Both the position numbers and the translations under genes were made by a program. A DNA stretch of 64,000 nt, taken from the NCBI GenBank assembly GCA_965222875.1, contig CBDCVC010000001.1, forward strand, positions 117,264 to 181,263, read 5' to 3'. The DNA is from Candidatus Multivorans sp. Its GTDB lineage: Bacteria > Acidobacteriota > Thermoanaerobaculia > Multivoradales > Multivoraceae. Position 1 is the first letter of the stretch. Every line of letters begins with the position of its first letter. A model generated the notes under the pieces. The model was not told the DNA's origin. It searched no databases and was given only the letters and a program-made list of their open reading frames with translations. This document shows, one piece after another, positions 1 to 9,727 of this stretch.

Positions 1-98
1 GAATGGCAAAGCGACCATGGCCGCTTGCAGCGGTGAAAGCTGCGGCAGCCTACCGCAGCGGCGGCTGTGCGGCTGCCGCGTTGCTATGGTCCCCCGCC

Positions 99-1988
99 AT
101 GGACAGTGCTGAGGCACGAACCGAGAAGCCGCTCGCCCGGTTGCTCGCCTACATGCGCATGGCGCCCGGCGCCTACGTTCTGGGTGGCGTTCTCACGCTC
201 CTGTACGTTGCCTTCTTCCAGCTCATCCCGCTGGCGGTACGGAACATCGTCGCCGCGCTAGAAGGTCCTCCGGAGCTGCTTCAGCGCGGACTTCAGCGCG
301 GACTGTGGTTCCTCGTTCTGGCCGCCTGCGGTCTGGCCCTGTCGCGCCTGTTCTCGCGGACCGTGATGTTCAACATCGGCCGCCAGATCGAGTACCGCAT
401 CCGCAACGACTACTTCGCCCACCTCCAGAGCCTGCCGCAGTCGTTCTACCTTGCCCACCGCACCGGCGATCTGATGTCGCGGGCCGTGAACGACATCAAC
501 AGCATCCGCATGTTCCTGGGAATGGGTCTTCTGAACCTGCTCCAGACGCCGGTGCTGTTTCTCGGCGGCCTGGCGGTCATGCTGCGCGTCGACGCCGTGC
601 TGACCCTCTGGTCCATGGCTTCCTTCCCGATCTTCGTGCTCGTCACCCGCCACTACAGCCGGTACATGTTCCAGGCCAACCTGGCCGGCCAGGAGCAGCT
701 CGGCAAGGTCTCGACCGTCGTCCAGGAGAACGCCTCGGGCGCCCTGGTGGTCAAGGCCTACGACTTGCCGGACCTGGAGCGCGACCGCTTCGAGGACCAG
801 AACCAGGAGCTGTTCCGGCGCATGATGAAGGTCGGCGTCATGCAGACCACGATGTTCGCTTCCGTCGGTCTGGTGCCGTCCATTTCGGCCGCCCTGGTGC
901 TGTGGCTGGGTGGCCAGAGGGTGCAGGCGGGGCTGCTCGGAATCGAGGATCTGTGGCTGTTCTGGGGCTACATCTTGATGCTGACCTTCCCGACCATGAT
1001 GCTGGGCTTCGTCGTCTCGATCACCCAGCGCGGGCTGGCGGCGCTCGAGCGGTTGGGGGCGGTGCTGGACATCGTGCCCTCGATCCGCGACCGGGAGGAT
1101 GTCGCCGGGGTCTCGGAAGTTGCCGGCCGGGTCGAGTTCCGCAACCTGACGTTCACCTATCCGGGCAGCTACCTGCCGGCGCTTAGGGGGATCGACCTCG
1201 TCGTCGAAGCCGGCAGCACGGTCGGCATCGTGGGGCCGGTGGGGTCGGGCAAGACGACCCTGGTCAGCCTGGTGCCCAGGATCATGGAGGTCGACGACGG
1301 CGCGATCGAGATCGACGGCGTGGACCTGAACCGGATGCCGGTCCAGGTGCTGCGATCGAGCATCGCCATGGTTCCGCAGGACAGCTTCCTGTTCTCCGTC
1401 TCGGTGGCCGAGAACATCCGCTTCGGCGTTCCCGACACAGGCCTCGAGGAGGTGCATCGGGCCGCGGCGCGGGCCCAGGTCGAACGGGAGATCGAAGAGT
1501 TCGAGGACGGCTTCGACACCGTCGTCGGCGAACGCGGGGTCACCCTCTCGGGCGGCCAGCGCCAGCGGGTGGCCCTGGCCCGGGCGATGATCCTCCGCCC
1601 GTCGATCCTCATCCTCGACGACTCGCTGTCGAGCGTCGACCACGGCACCGAGGAGGCGATCCTGGGCGACATCGAGGGGAAGCGCCGGGGCCGCACCTGC
1701 TTCATCGTCGCGCACCGCATTTCGGCGGTGCGCAACGCCGACGAGATCGTCGTGCTCGAGAACGGCCGCATCACGGAGCGCGGGACGCATAGGGAGTTGG
1801 TCGAACGCGGCGGCTTCTACGCCCGCCTGCACCGGCGCCAGGAACTGCTGTCGGAGCTCGAACCCGGTTGGCGCGATCCCGCGCCAACCGCGAACCAGTC
1901 CGAGCGCCCGTCATCGGGCGCGCGGATGGCGCTGGGCGATGGCGGCGCCGGCGTGCCGCGGACTGGGCCCGGGGGAGAGTCGCGGTGA
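99..1988 (+). CDS. ABC exporter, fused permease/ATPase (MdlA/YheI-like half of a heterodimer)
   Basis: Hydrophobic N-terminal TM domain, Walker A GPVGSGKT, signature LSGGQRQR, degenerate Walker B ILDDSLS, H-loop IVAHR; ATG at 99 chosen as start. Confidence 0.9.
   Translation: MDSAEARTEKPLARLLAYMRMAPGAYVLGGVLTLLYVAFFQLIPLAVRNIVAALEGPPELLQRGLQRGLWFLVLAACGLALSRLFSRTVMFNIGRQIEYRIRNDYFAHLQSLPQSFYLAHRTGDLMSRAVNDINSIRMFLGMGLLNLLQTPVLFLGGLAVMLRVDAVLTLWSMASFPIFVLVTRHYSRYMFQANLAGQEQLGKVSTVVQENASGALVVKAYDLPDLERDRFEDQNQELFRRMMKVGVMQTTMFASVGLVPSISAALVLWLGGQRVQAGLLGIEDLWLFWGYILMLTFPTMMLGFVVSITQRGLAALERLGAVLDIVPSIRDREDVAGVSEVAGRVEFRNLTFTYPGSYLPALRGIDLVVEAGSTVGIVGPVGSGKTTLVSLVPRIMEVDDGAIEIDGVDLNRMPVQVLRSSIAMVPQDSFLFSVSVAENIRFGVPDTGLEEVHRAAARAQVEREIEEFEDGFDTVVGERGVTLSGGQRQRVALARAMILRPSILILDDSLSSVDHGTEEAILGDIEGKRRGRTCFIVAHRISAVRNADEIVVLENGRITERGTHRELVERGGFYARLHRRQELLSELEPGWRDPAPTANQSERPSSGARMALGDGGAGVPRTGPGGESR
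1863..1928. repeat. 66-bp double-hairpin palindromic element, in frame within the ABC gene C-terminus
   Basis: Reverse complement closely matches 50821-50886; hairpins CGGTTGGCGCG/CGCGCCAACCG and TCCGAGCGCCCG/CGGGCGCGCGGA. Confidence 0.75.
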
Positions 1989-3844
1989 GCGAGGAGCGCA
2001 GCGAAGCCGTCGGGCCGGGCCGCGAGCGCGACCTCGGCAAGGTCTACGACACCGAGCTGATCAAGCGGCTGTGGCCCTTCATGCGGCCCTATCGAGGCTG
2101 GATCGGCTTCAACTTCTCCCTCGTCCCGGTGCGCGCCGTGCTGGAGCTGATGCCGGCGCTGATCATGGGCGCGGCGCTCAACTACCTGACCGAGGGTGTC
2201 GCGACATCGGAGGTGGGGTGGATGGCGCCCTTCGTCGTGCCGCGGCTCGGCCTGCCGCCGCTGGCCTGGATGTTCATCCTGGTGCTCGGCATCTCGATGC
2301 TCACGCTGATCATGGAGTGGCTGCGTGCCTTCACCATGATCTCGCTCGGCCAGCGCACGATCCGCGACGTCCGGAGGACGCTGTTCGATCACGTCCAGCG
2401 TCTGCCGATGCGCTTCTTCGACCGCTACCCGGTGGGCCGCCTGGTGACGCGGCTCACGAACGATCTGGAGAACCTGGCGGAGATGTTCTCGGCCGGCGTG
2501 ATCGCGATGGTCTCGGACGTGTTCGTGATGGTCGTGATCCTCTCCATGCTGTTTTCGATGGATCCCCGCTTGGCATTGGCGGCCCTCGCCCTGGTGCCCT
2601 TCCTGGGGATTGCGGCGGCGATCTTCCGCTACAAGGTGCGCGAGGCCTTCCGGGAGGTCCGGGTCAAGATCGCGCGCCTCAACGCCCACCTGCAGGAAAC
2701 GATCACCGGCATGAAGGTGGTCCAGTTGTTCGCCCGCGAACGGCGCAACCAGAGAGACTTCGAGCGCGAGAACGCCTCCCACCGGGATTCCTGGCTGCGC
2801 TCGATCCGCTACGACGCCCTGCTGTTCTCGTCCGTCGACCTGGCGACCAACCTGACCCGGGCGCTGATCTTCTGGTACGGCGCCAAGCTGCTCGGCGCCG
2901 GTGAGATCACGCTCGGCACGATCTACGTCTTCACCGACTACATGGGCCGCTTCTTCCGGCCGCTGATGGACCTGTCGGCGAAGTACTCGGTGATGCAGTC
3001 CTCGATGGCGAGCGCCGAACGCGTGTTCCAGCTCCTCGACGAGCCGCGGGAGCCGGCGGGCCGGATCGAGTCGGCGGTCGAGGCTGCTGCCGGCCCGCAG
3101 CCCGGCGGCTGCGAGGTCGAGTTCGACGGCGTGACCTTCTCGTACGGCGCGGAGACGGTCCTGCGCGATGTCTCCTTCCGCGTCGCCGCCGGCGAGCGGG
3201 TGGCGATTGTCGGCCATACCGGCTCCGGCAAGACGACGACTCTCAAGCTGCTGGCGCGCCTCTACGAGTTGCAGGAGGGTTCGATCAAGGTCGACGGCCG
3301 GGACATCCGGGAAATCCCCAAGCCCGAACTGCGCCGCCGGATGGCCTTCGTGCTCCAGGATGTCTTCCTGTTCGACGGCGACCTGCGCTACAACGTCGTC
3401 CTCGGCCGGAACGTCGCCGACGACGTGGTCGAGGAAGCCGCACGCGCCACCCACGTCGACGCCCTGATCGAGCAGTTGCCGAACGGCTGGCAGCACAAGG
3501 TCAGCGAGCGCGGCGTCAACTTCTCTACCGGCCAGCGGCAGTTGCTCTCCTTTGCCCGGGCGCTGGCGCGCGAACCCCAGCTCCTGCTCCTCGACGAAGC
3601 GACCTCCAGCGTCGACACCGAGACCGAGGCCCTGATCCAGGACGCCCTGCATCACCTGATGGAGGGCAAGACCTCGATCGTCGTCGCCCACCGCCTGTCG
3701 ACGATCAAGGACGTCGACCGCATCTATGTCTTCCACCACGGCGCCATCTGCGAGCACGGCAGCCACGACGAACTCCTCGACCTCCGGGGCGTGTACTGGC
3801 GGCTGTACCAGTTGCAGTACGCGCAGCAGGAGACGGCGGCGTAG
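1985..3844 (+). CDS. ABC exporter, fused permease/ATPase (MdlB/YheH-like partner)
   Basis: GTG overlaps the upstream TGA; Walker A GHTGSGKT, FSTGQRQ, LLDEATS, VAHRLST. Confidence 0.9.
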   Translation: MSEERSEAVGPGRERDLGKVYDTELIKRLWPFMRPYRGWIGFNFSLVPVRAVLELMPALIMGAALNYLTEGVATSEVGWMAPFVVPRLGLPPLAWMFILVLGISMLTLIMEWLRAFTMISLGQRTIRDVRRTLFDHVQRLPMRFFDRYPVGRLVTRLTNDLENLAEMFSAGVIAMVSDVFVMVVILSMLFSMDPRLALAALALVPFLGIAAAIFRYKVREAFREVRVKIARLNAHLQETITGMKVVQLFARERRNQRDFERENASHRDSWLRSIRYDALLFSSVDLATNLTRALIFWYGAKLLGAGEITLGTIYVFTDYMGRFFRPLMDLSAKYSVMQSSMASAERVFQLLDEPREPAGRIESAVEAAAGPQPGGCEVEFDGVTFSYGAETVLRDVSFRVAAGERVAIVGHTGSGKTTTLKLLARLYELQEGSIKVDGRDIREIPKPELRRRMAFVLQDVFLFDGDLRYNVVLGRNVADDVVEEAARATHVDALIEQLPNGWQHKVSERGVNFSTGQRQLLSFARALAREPQLLLLDEATSSVDTETEALIQDALHHLMEGKTSIVVAHRLSTIKDVDRIYVFHHGAICEHGSHDELLDLRGVYWRLYQLQYAQQETAA

Positions 3845-3849
3845 GGGCC

Positions 3850-3874
3850 CTGGGAACGCGGGCGTCTCGCCCGC
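3850..3874 (+). repeat. REP-like palindrome CTGGGAACGCGGGCGTCTCGCCCGC
   Basis: Hairpin GCGGGCG/CGCCCGC between convergent genes; related copies at 29014-29038 and 38303-38328. Confidence 0.55.
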
Positions 3875-3917
3875 ATCCGGCGCGAAGCGCCGGTTCCGGT
3901 TCGGGTTAGCGGCTCCC

Positions 3918-4655
3918 CTAACGCGGTCTCGACCGATGCTGCGGCGCCTCCACCTCCGTCTGCAACCCACGGTCGCCCTGGTCCTCCATCCACGCCCGCA
4001 ACTGGCTGAGCATCGCCTCGATCCGCTCCCCGTACCCCGGCGCGTTCGCCAGGTTCGTCATCTCATACGGGTCAACCTCGAGGACGAAGTCGTTGATCAG
4101 ATCGGGTCCAAAGATGTCCTCGCCCCAGGTCTCCTTCTTGTCGTTCGTCACTAGGGCCGGCCCCCAGTAGCGCGAACCACGACCCTCCCGGCGGAGCTGC
4201 CACAGCCGGTGCTCGTCGAACCCCGCCTGCTGCGGCGACGTCCCCTCGTGGACCACGAACAGGTTGTTCGTCAACTGCCACTTGCCCGAGATCACCGTCC
4301 GGTAGCCCGCCTGCGCCAGCATGTGGGCGAAGGTCACGTCGCCCGTGTCGAGGTAGCTGAACTCCCGGTAGTTCCGGAAGTTGTGCAACCCCGTCATCAG
4401 CTTGACCCGCGTCGGCGTACACAGCGGCTGCGAATGCCCGTTCTCGAAGCGCATGCCCTCGGCGACGATCCGGTCCAACTCCGGCGTCTCGTACGACGAG
4501 CCGCCGTAGACGCCCAGCGTCTCGACCCCCAGGTCGTCGGCCAGGATGACGATGATGTTGGGTTGGTTCGGTTGCAGGGCGAAGGCTCTGCCGGCGGTCG
4601 AGAGCAGGGCCAAGCCGACCAGCAAGACGATTGCGAGGCGGGTCTTGGCTTGCAT
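3918..4655 (-). pseudogene. Secreted sulfatase with an in-frame internal deletion
   Basis: Signal peptide, PNIIVILADDLG, CTPTR formylglycine motif and GYRTVISGKWQL, then an abrupt jump to the C-terminal DPYEMTNLA motif; only 245 aa. Confidence 0.75.
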
Positions 4656-4782
4656 GGACGTCAAGTTACCAGCCCCGGCGCTGGTCTGACGGCCTGCGAC
4701 CGGCATGAAACCGGAGGCGGCGGCATACGGTTGCGCCGGTTCTGCCGTGGTAGCGTCCGAGCCGTACTTCGGGGGCGAGGCG

Positions 4783-4959
4783 ATGACCGTACCAGCGTTC
4801 TCCAAGCATCTGATGGAAGCGCCCCAGGACGACGAGGCCCTGAGTGAGAAAGGCAAGCGTCTTCTGGACGAAGGATACGAAGACCTCGACGCCGGGCGAA
4901 CTCACACTCTGGAGGAGGTAAAGCAGGAGCTTGACCTCGGTGCCGCTCATGAGGCCTGA
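4783..4959 (+). CDS. Small antitoxin-like protein, possibly an N-terminally truncated remnant
   Basis: C-terminus EGYEDLDAGRTHTLEEVKQEL resembles RelB/ParD-type antitoxin tails; no cognate toxin follows. Confidence 0.45.
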   Translation: MTVPAFSKHLMEAPQDDEALSEKGKRLLDEGYEDLDAGRTHTLEEVKQELDLGAAHEA

Positions 4960-4980
4960 TCGCTCGGGAAGAGGGCGAAC

Positions 4981-5226
4981 GTGACGCACACCGAACTACT
5001 CGCGCGCATTGCGGCTCGCCCGGATGTCTTCGGAGGCAAGCCGATCATCCGCAACATGCGGATCTCCGTGGAAGTCGTCCTCGGCCTCCTCGCGCAGGGG
5101 GTTACGGCCGAAGTGATCCTGAACGACTACCCTGGGTTGGAAGCGGCCGATATTCGAGCCTGCATCGCCTACGCCCACGCGGTCATCGCTCGTGACACGC
5201 TGTCCGCCGTATCTGTCGGAGAGTAG
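4981..5226 (+). CDS. DUF433 family antitoxin (VapB45-like)
   Basis: RPDVFGGKPIIRNMRISVE...EVILNDYPGLEAADIRACIAYA is the DUF433 pattern. Confidence 0.85.
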   Translation: MTHTELLARIAARPDVFGGKPIIRNMRISVEVVLGLLAQGVTAEVILNDYPGLEAADIRACIAYAHAVIARDTLSAVSVGE

Positions 5227-5340
5227 TGGTCTCTCAATCGACCGGCGCGGTGGATGCCGGTTCGCTTAGTGGCTGCGTTCTGAGGACCAGAGGACCTTGT
5301 TGGTAGTCGACGTTGATCTCGGCCAGACTGGGCACGATTA
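5226..5340 (+). pseudogene. Degenerate DUF5615/PIN toxin remnant downstream of DUF433
   Basis: Frame from 5237 reads IDRRGGCRFA*WLRSEDQRTLLVVDVDLG, resembling the start and the D-x-D-F-G motif of DUF5615 proteins; TAG at 5267. Confidence 0.4.
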
Positions 5341-5688
5341 CCCTGCTCGGTTTCTGTGTCGCAGAAACGCCTCAAGCGCGAAGAACACGGCTAGTACTAG
5401 TACTGCAGCCACGCCGAGAAGGAGATTCAATGACCGTTGGTCTACAGTCGACGTGATGTCGTACTTCGCCATCTCGACGTCTCGCTGGCTTGCCAAGTGG
5501 GCGGTGGCGGCATCCATAGCCTCGGTCAGCGCAGTTGCCTGTTGGGCAGTGAAGCCTCCTTGTTCCAACAGTTGGGCCGTCTCTAGCGTGTCAAACGCAG
5601 GAGGAGGGCCGAAGTCGGGACTCGGGGCACACGCTGAAGAGACCGCTAGCAACGCCACTCCCGCGACGAGCAACAAGTGACTACGCAT
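5338..5688 (-). CDS. DUF1640/CCDC90-like coiled-coil protein with lipoprotein-type signal and C-terminal TM helix
   Basis: FDTLETAQLLEQGGFTAQQATAL motif; N-terminal hydrophobic stretch ending VSSAC; C-terminal hydrophobic helix. Confidence 0.6.
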   Translation of the reverse strand: MRSHLLLVAGVALLAVSSACAPSPDFGPPPAFDTLETAQLLEQGGFTAQQATALTEAMDAATAHLASQRDVEMAKYDITSTVDQRSLNLLLGVAAVLVLAVFFALEAFLRHRNRAG

Positions 5689-5899
5689 ACGAGAACTTCC
5701 GAGGCCGACTGGCATTCGGGAACCCATGGCAGAATGCGACTATAGTGGCATGTATGGAGAGCCAATGCACCACTTCCGGCCGGTGTGCCGGATTTCGGCA
5801 GACCGAGCAAATCGCCACGAGTCGCGTACCGTACCATCGCTCAAGTGGCGACCGCCCGATGAAGTTGCCCCGGTTTCGTGGACGGTTTAGGTTTGGGGT

Positions 5900-6748
5900 T
5901 CAGGCGGCTTCGCGGTAGGCCCTTTCGAAGTTGATGGGCGACCGGTGTCCGATGCCTGAGTGGCGCCGATGCGGGTTGTACCAGCCCTCGATCCAACGGA
6001 AGAGCTCGGTCTTCGCTTCGGCGCGATTTCGGAAGGTCGTCCGGTCGAGCAGTTCGCACTCGAGGCTGGCGAAGAAGCTCTCGGCCATGGCGTTGTCGTA
6101 GCAATCTCCGACGGAACCCATCGAGAGCGCGATGCCTGCGTCTCGGCAGCGCTTCCCGAAGGCCAGGGAAGTGTACTGGCTGCCCTGATCGGAGTGATGG
6201 ATGACCTCCTCCGGCCGGCGCTGGTCGATGGCCATCTCCAGCGCACCGAGCACGAGCTCTGTCGCGAGAGACGAATCCATGGCCCAGCCGACGATTCGCC
6301 GACTGAATACGTCCAGGACGACGGCCAGGTAGAGGAAGCCCGATAGCGTCGGCACGTAGGTGATGTCGGCCAGCCATAGCCGGTCCGGCACCTCGGCCGC
6401 AAACTTCCGGTCGACGAGGTCCGGCGCCGGACGCGCCGAAGCGGCGCGGCGGGTTGTCGTCGGCCGCTTGCGCCGGCTGATGCCCGACAAGCCGGACTCT
6501 CGCATGAGTCTGGCGACCCGCTTGCGGCTTACCAGAACCCCGTCGTCGGCCAACTCGGCCTGAATGCGGGGAGCGCCGTAGGTGCCCCGGCTCCGCTTAT
6601 GGATCGCCCGCATCCGCTCGACGAGAGCAGTGTCCGACTTCTCCCTGGCCGACCGCGGTCGCTTCAACCAGGCGTAGTACCCGCTCGTGGAGACGCCGAG
6701 CACACGGGCCATTGTCGTGATCCGGAACTCGGCCTGGTGCGCCCTCAT
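5900..6748 (-). CDS. IS3 transposase OrfB (rve DDE)
   Basis: WLADITY, HHSDQGSQY, DNAMAESFF motifs. Confidence 0.95.
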   Translation of the reverse strand: MRAHQAEFRITTMARVLGVSTSGYYAWLKRPRSAREKSDTALVERMRAIHKRSRGTYGAPRIQAELADDGVLVSRKRVARLMRESGLSGISRRKRPTTTRRAASARPAPDLVDRKFAAEVPDRLWLADITYVPTLSGFLYLAVVLDVFSRRIVGWAMDSSLATELVLGALEMAIDQRRPEEVIHHSDQGSQYTSLAFGKRCRDAGIALSMGSVGDCYDNAMAESFFASLECELLDRTTFRNRAEAKTELFRWIEGWYNPHRRHSGIGHRSPINFERAYREAA

Positions 6749-7053
6749 GAACCTGAAGATCCCTTCGGTCCCGTCTCCCGGGCGAACCAGGCCGTTGCTT
6801 TTGCCAGGATCTCCCGCTCCTCGCGCAGCCGGCGATTGTCGCGGCGCAGGCGCCGCAGCTCTTTGCGCTCCGCCGTGGTCAGTCCGTCAGCGCGGCGGCC
6901 CTCGTCCCGGTCTGCCTGGGCCACCCAGTTACGGATCGACTGCGCTGAGGGCTCGAACTCGCGGGCTAGTTGGTCCGGGCTCCGCCCGGACCGGACCAGA
7001 TCCACCATCTGTTGCCGGTACTCTGCCGGGTACCGAGGTCTTGTTCTTGGCAT
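6745..7053 (-). CDS. IS3 transposase OrfA (HTH)
   Basis: YPAEYRQQMV...LRRDNRRLREEREIL; ATGA overlap with orfB. Confidence 0.9.
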   Translation of the reverse strand: MPRTRPRYPAEYRQQMVDLVRSGRSPDQLAREFEPSAQSIRNWVAQADRDEGRRADGLTTAERKELRRLRRDNRRLREEREILAKATAWFARETGPKGSSGS

Positions 7054-7107
7054 CGTGGGTACCTCCTCCTCCAAGGATGAAGTGTCCACGAAACCGGGGC
7101 AAGCTCA

Positions 7108-7682
7108 CGACTACTCGCACGTGTGGCAGCTTGCTGGCTGGTACCTTGGCTCTGCTCGCTGGTGGCTTCTTGGCGAGTTGCGACGTGACTAGGGACGACG
7201 CTCTTCCGCTCGTCGAATGGTGGATGCTCACGAGTGAGCGTGTCGTTGCGGCTGATGCCGTTGCCGACGTGGCGATCTTTGACGACGGCCGAGTGCGCTT
7301 CGGCCCGCGACTCGGGCGCGGGCAGGTGCGCTGGCACAGGCTTTCGCCGGGGGAGTTGGCTAGCCTCCGTCGAGCCGTCTTCGAGGACGGGGGGATTCTG
7401 GACATCGAGACTGAAACGCTCCTAGCCGCGGTGGGCGGTGCCGCGATGCGGCGTCATCTAGCGACTGCCTCCTCCGGAACGGTGGCAACAGGGGTGCCGT
7501 CTCTGGACGCCGGCACGACCGTTCTTCGCGTCGCTGCTGCAGGTGAAGTCCACGAAGTTCGGTACTACGACCTCGCCGGTGATACACACCGCTACAGTGG
7601 CGTCGACTCGCTGCAACGCGTCCGACGCGTCGAGCTGAGAATACTCGGCTTGATCGACGCTCTCCTTCCTAGCGCACGTTGA
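7108..7682 (+). CDS. Hypothetical lipoprotein whose 5' end is cut off by IS3 copy 1
   Basis: LLAGTLALLAGGFLASC lipobox right after the IS end; removing the IS gives an open frame back to ATG 5754. Confidence 0.5.
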
Positions 7683-7690
7683 GTGTCAGC

Positions 7691-8404
7691 CTACAGTCGA
7701 TTCGCTATAGCTGTCGGGGGTAGGACCACCGGCTGTACTCGCTCGATCCTGCAAGTGTCGATGTCGTGACGGTCGCCTAGCAGACCCAGCTCCGCAACAA
7801 CTCGCGCGCTTGGCAGGTTGTAGGGATCGGCCGCGTTTCTGTCCACCTGATAGCCCATGTCCTCGAACGCTGCGACCGACACTTTTGACAACGGTCGGGT
7901 CCGCCCACTGAGGAAGCCTGTGAGTAGTTCGTCGCCGAAGACCGCCTCGCGCCAATGGCCATCCCGAGTACCTGCCCCGCCGGTATTGGCGACGGGAACT
8001 GGCGCTGGGTCGGGCCGATTCGTTAGCCTACCGTACTCGGCCATGGCGTCGGCACCGATAAAGGTTGGGTTGATCGACCCAGAATCAGCGATGAGGCCCA
8101 TGCTCTCCCACAGCGTGCCGAAGCCGAGGACATGTGCCATTTCGTGGAGGATTACGTCCTCCAGAGTCCCATCCGATTCCATTCGGTCCAGGTCAGCCGT
8201 GTCGAAAGACATGATTCCCTTGACAGGGAGGCTAGAGATCGGACGGATGAAACGCGGACCAGCCTGGCCGAGGACTCCGCCTGGCCCGTCGATCGGTATT
8301 CCTTGGGCTTCGATAAGAACATCGTCGATCAACTCACCGTCGACGTACGCGGGAGGTACATCGCCGGTGATTACTTGCGACCAACGCGATGAGGCCTTTG
8401 CGAA
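7691..8404 (-). pseudogene. Leishmanolysin-like (M8-type) zinc metalloprotease, C-terminal part, split by the IS1595 element
   Basis: HEMAHVLGFG zinc motif, GHWRE third ligand; joins 12121-12629 in frame (EAFAK|ASSRWSQVITGD). Confidence 0.85.
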
Positions 8405-8434
8405 GGGGATTATGTCGAATAGTGCCCAAGCCGC

Positions 8435-8626
8435 TCACCGGCGCGGGCGGTTGATGTAACGGATCTCGACGGGCTGAAGCAATCGTCGCGCACCTTCGGC
8501 CAGCCGCTCCATCAACGGCAACTCGGCCAAGTCCGCCGGCGGCTCGACTTCCTCGCGCAACTCTGACCGCGAGGGCTGATACTCCGCCTTGACGATTTCG
8601 ATCTTTCGCTTCTTCTTGTCGGGCAC
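8435..8626 (-). CDS. Small hypothetical protein (YQPSRSELREE motif) at the end of the IS1595 element
   Basis: GTG start with GAGGGG RBS directly after the HNH gene; stop codon 3 bp from the IR. Confidence 0.55.
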   Translation of the reverse strand: MPDKKKRKIEIVKAEYQPSRSELREEVEPPADLAELPLMERLAEGARRLLQPVEIRYINRPRR

Positions 8627-8638
8627 GTTCGGATCCCC

Positions 8639-9727
8639 TCACTTGTTCGATTTCCTGCGGTTGCACGGTAGGCACAACACCTGACAGTTTTCGGGCACTG
8701 TCTTGCCGCCGTCTGACCACGGGTCGATGTGGTCAGCTTCCATGTTCGTGATGTCGAACGACTCGCCGCAGAGATTGCAGTTGCCGCCCTGGCGTCCGAA
8801 GGCCGCTTGTTTCATGGCGGGAGTGAAGGCCCGAAGGTTCAGGTGCTTCTCCTCGCCGGTGAGCAGATAGACGTAGATGCCTGGCTGCCGCTGCACTTCG
8901 TCGTCCATCATCAGGCGGGCGACATCGGATTCAAGGGCCGTCGGGTCCAAGCTCTCGTCTTTGAGGTGCTCGTACAGCCCGCCCCAATCGACCCCCTTCA
9001 TCGGCTTGCGGTAGACCGTAAAGACGGCTTTCACTCGGTCGATGACGGTACGGAAGTGGCTCCACAGCGCGGTTGCGGTCTGGGCGAACTGGTGTGCGGC
9101 CATGTACTCCTCGACCGTCTGATCGTCGTCCTTGGCCCACTTGATAGCGGTTTCGAGGTAGGTCTGGCGAATGGCAGACCCTCTCAAGTAGTCGCCCGCA
9201 ACCCCATCGGCGGCACCACCGGCACGGCTGAAGTACCGCTTGGCGTCCGTGACCCACGGACCCGCGTAGACAGCGTTTCGCAGCTCTTGCTTGGTCAACT
9301 CCTCGCCCGCGATGTTGACGATCTCGAACCACGCGAGTTTCTCGCTGTCGGTTCCCTCGCAGAAGTACACCTGCAACTCGTAGTCGAGAATCTTCTTCTG
9401 CTCGTCGTTCTGTAGGTTGTCGAAGAAGCGCCCGTTCACCGAGTAGTCGCCCGTGACGTACTGGGCGACCGAGATTGTCCGCTGCTGGCCGTCGATGATC
9501 TCGTAGGTGCCGTCTTCGCGCACCGCCCAGTACATGACGTTCAGCGGAAAGCCCTTGTTGATGGTTTCCACTACCGCGTTGCGCTGCTTGTCCTTGTAGA
9601 CGAACTCGCGCTGGTACGGCGGCCGAATGTCGAGATCGCCACCGTAGCCACGAACCCCACCTTCGCCGTTGTCGCGGTAGTCCTCTACAAGCTCGCGGAC
9701 AGTGACCTGCCTGGGTTCGATCTTCAT
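8639..9727 (-). CDS. DUF262 (GmrS/ParB-like) plus HNH endonuclease
   Basis: PPYQREFVY, IIDGQQR, FEIVNIAG motifs; C-terminal CNLC...EADHIDPWSDGG...NCQVLCLPCNRRKS. Confidence 0.9.
   Translation of the reverse strand: MKIEPRQVTVRELVEDYRDNGEGGVRGYGGDLDIRPPYQREFVYKDKQRNAVVETINKGFPLNVMYWAVREDGTYEIIDGQQRTISVAQYVTGDYSVNGRFFDNLQNDEQKKILDYELQVYFCEGTDSEKLAWFEIVNIAGEELTKQELRNAVYAGPWVTDAKRYFSRAGGAADGVAGDYLRGSAIRQTYLETAIKWAKDDDQTVEEYMAAHQFAQTATALWSHFRTVIDRVKAVFTVYRKPMKGVDWGGLYEHLKDESLDPTALESDVARLMMDDEVQRQPGIYVYLLTGEEKHLNLRAFTPAMKQAAFGRQGGNCNLCGESFDITNMEADHIDPWSDGGKTVPENCQVLCLPCNRRKSNK

Larger units (their letters stand above)
5860..7107 (-). mobile_element. IS3-family insertion sequence, copy 1 (1248 bp)
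   Basis: TG...CA ends with IRs TGAAGTTGCCCCGGTTTCGTGGAC / GTCCACGAAACCGGGGCAAGCTCA; 3-bp DR CGA; same ORFs as copies at 54815 and 56992. Confidence 0.95.
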
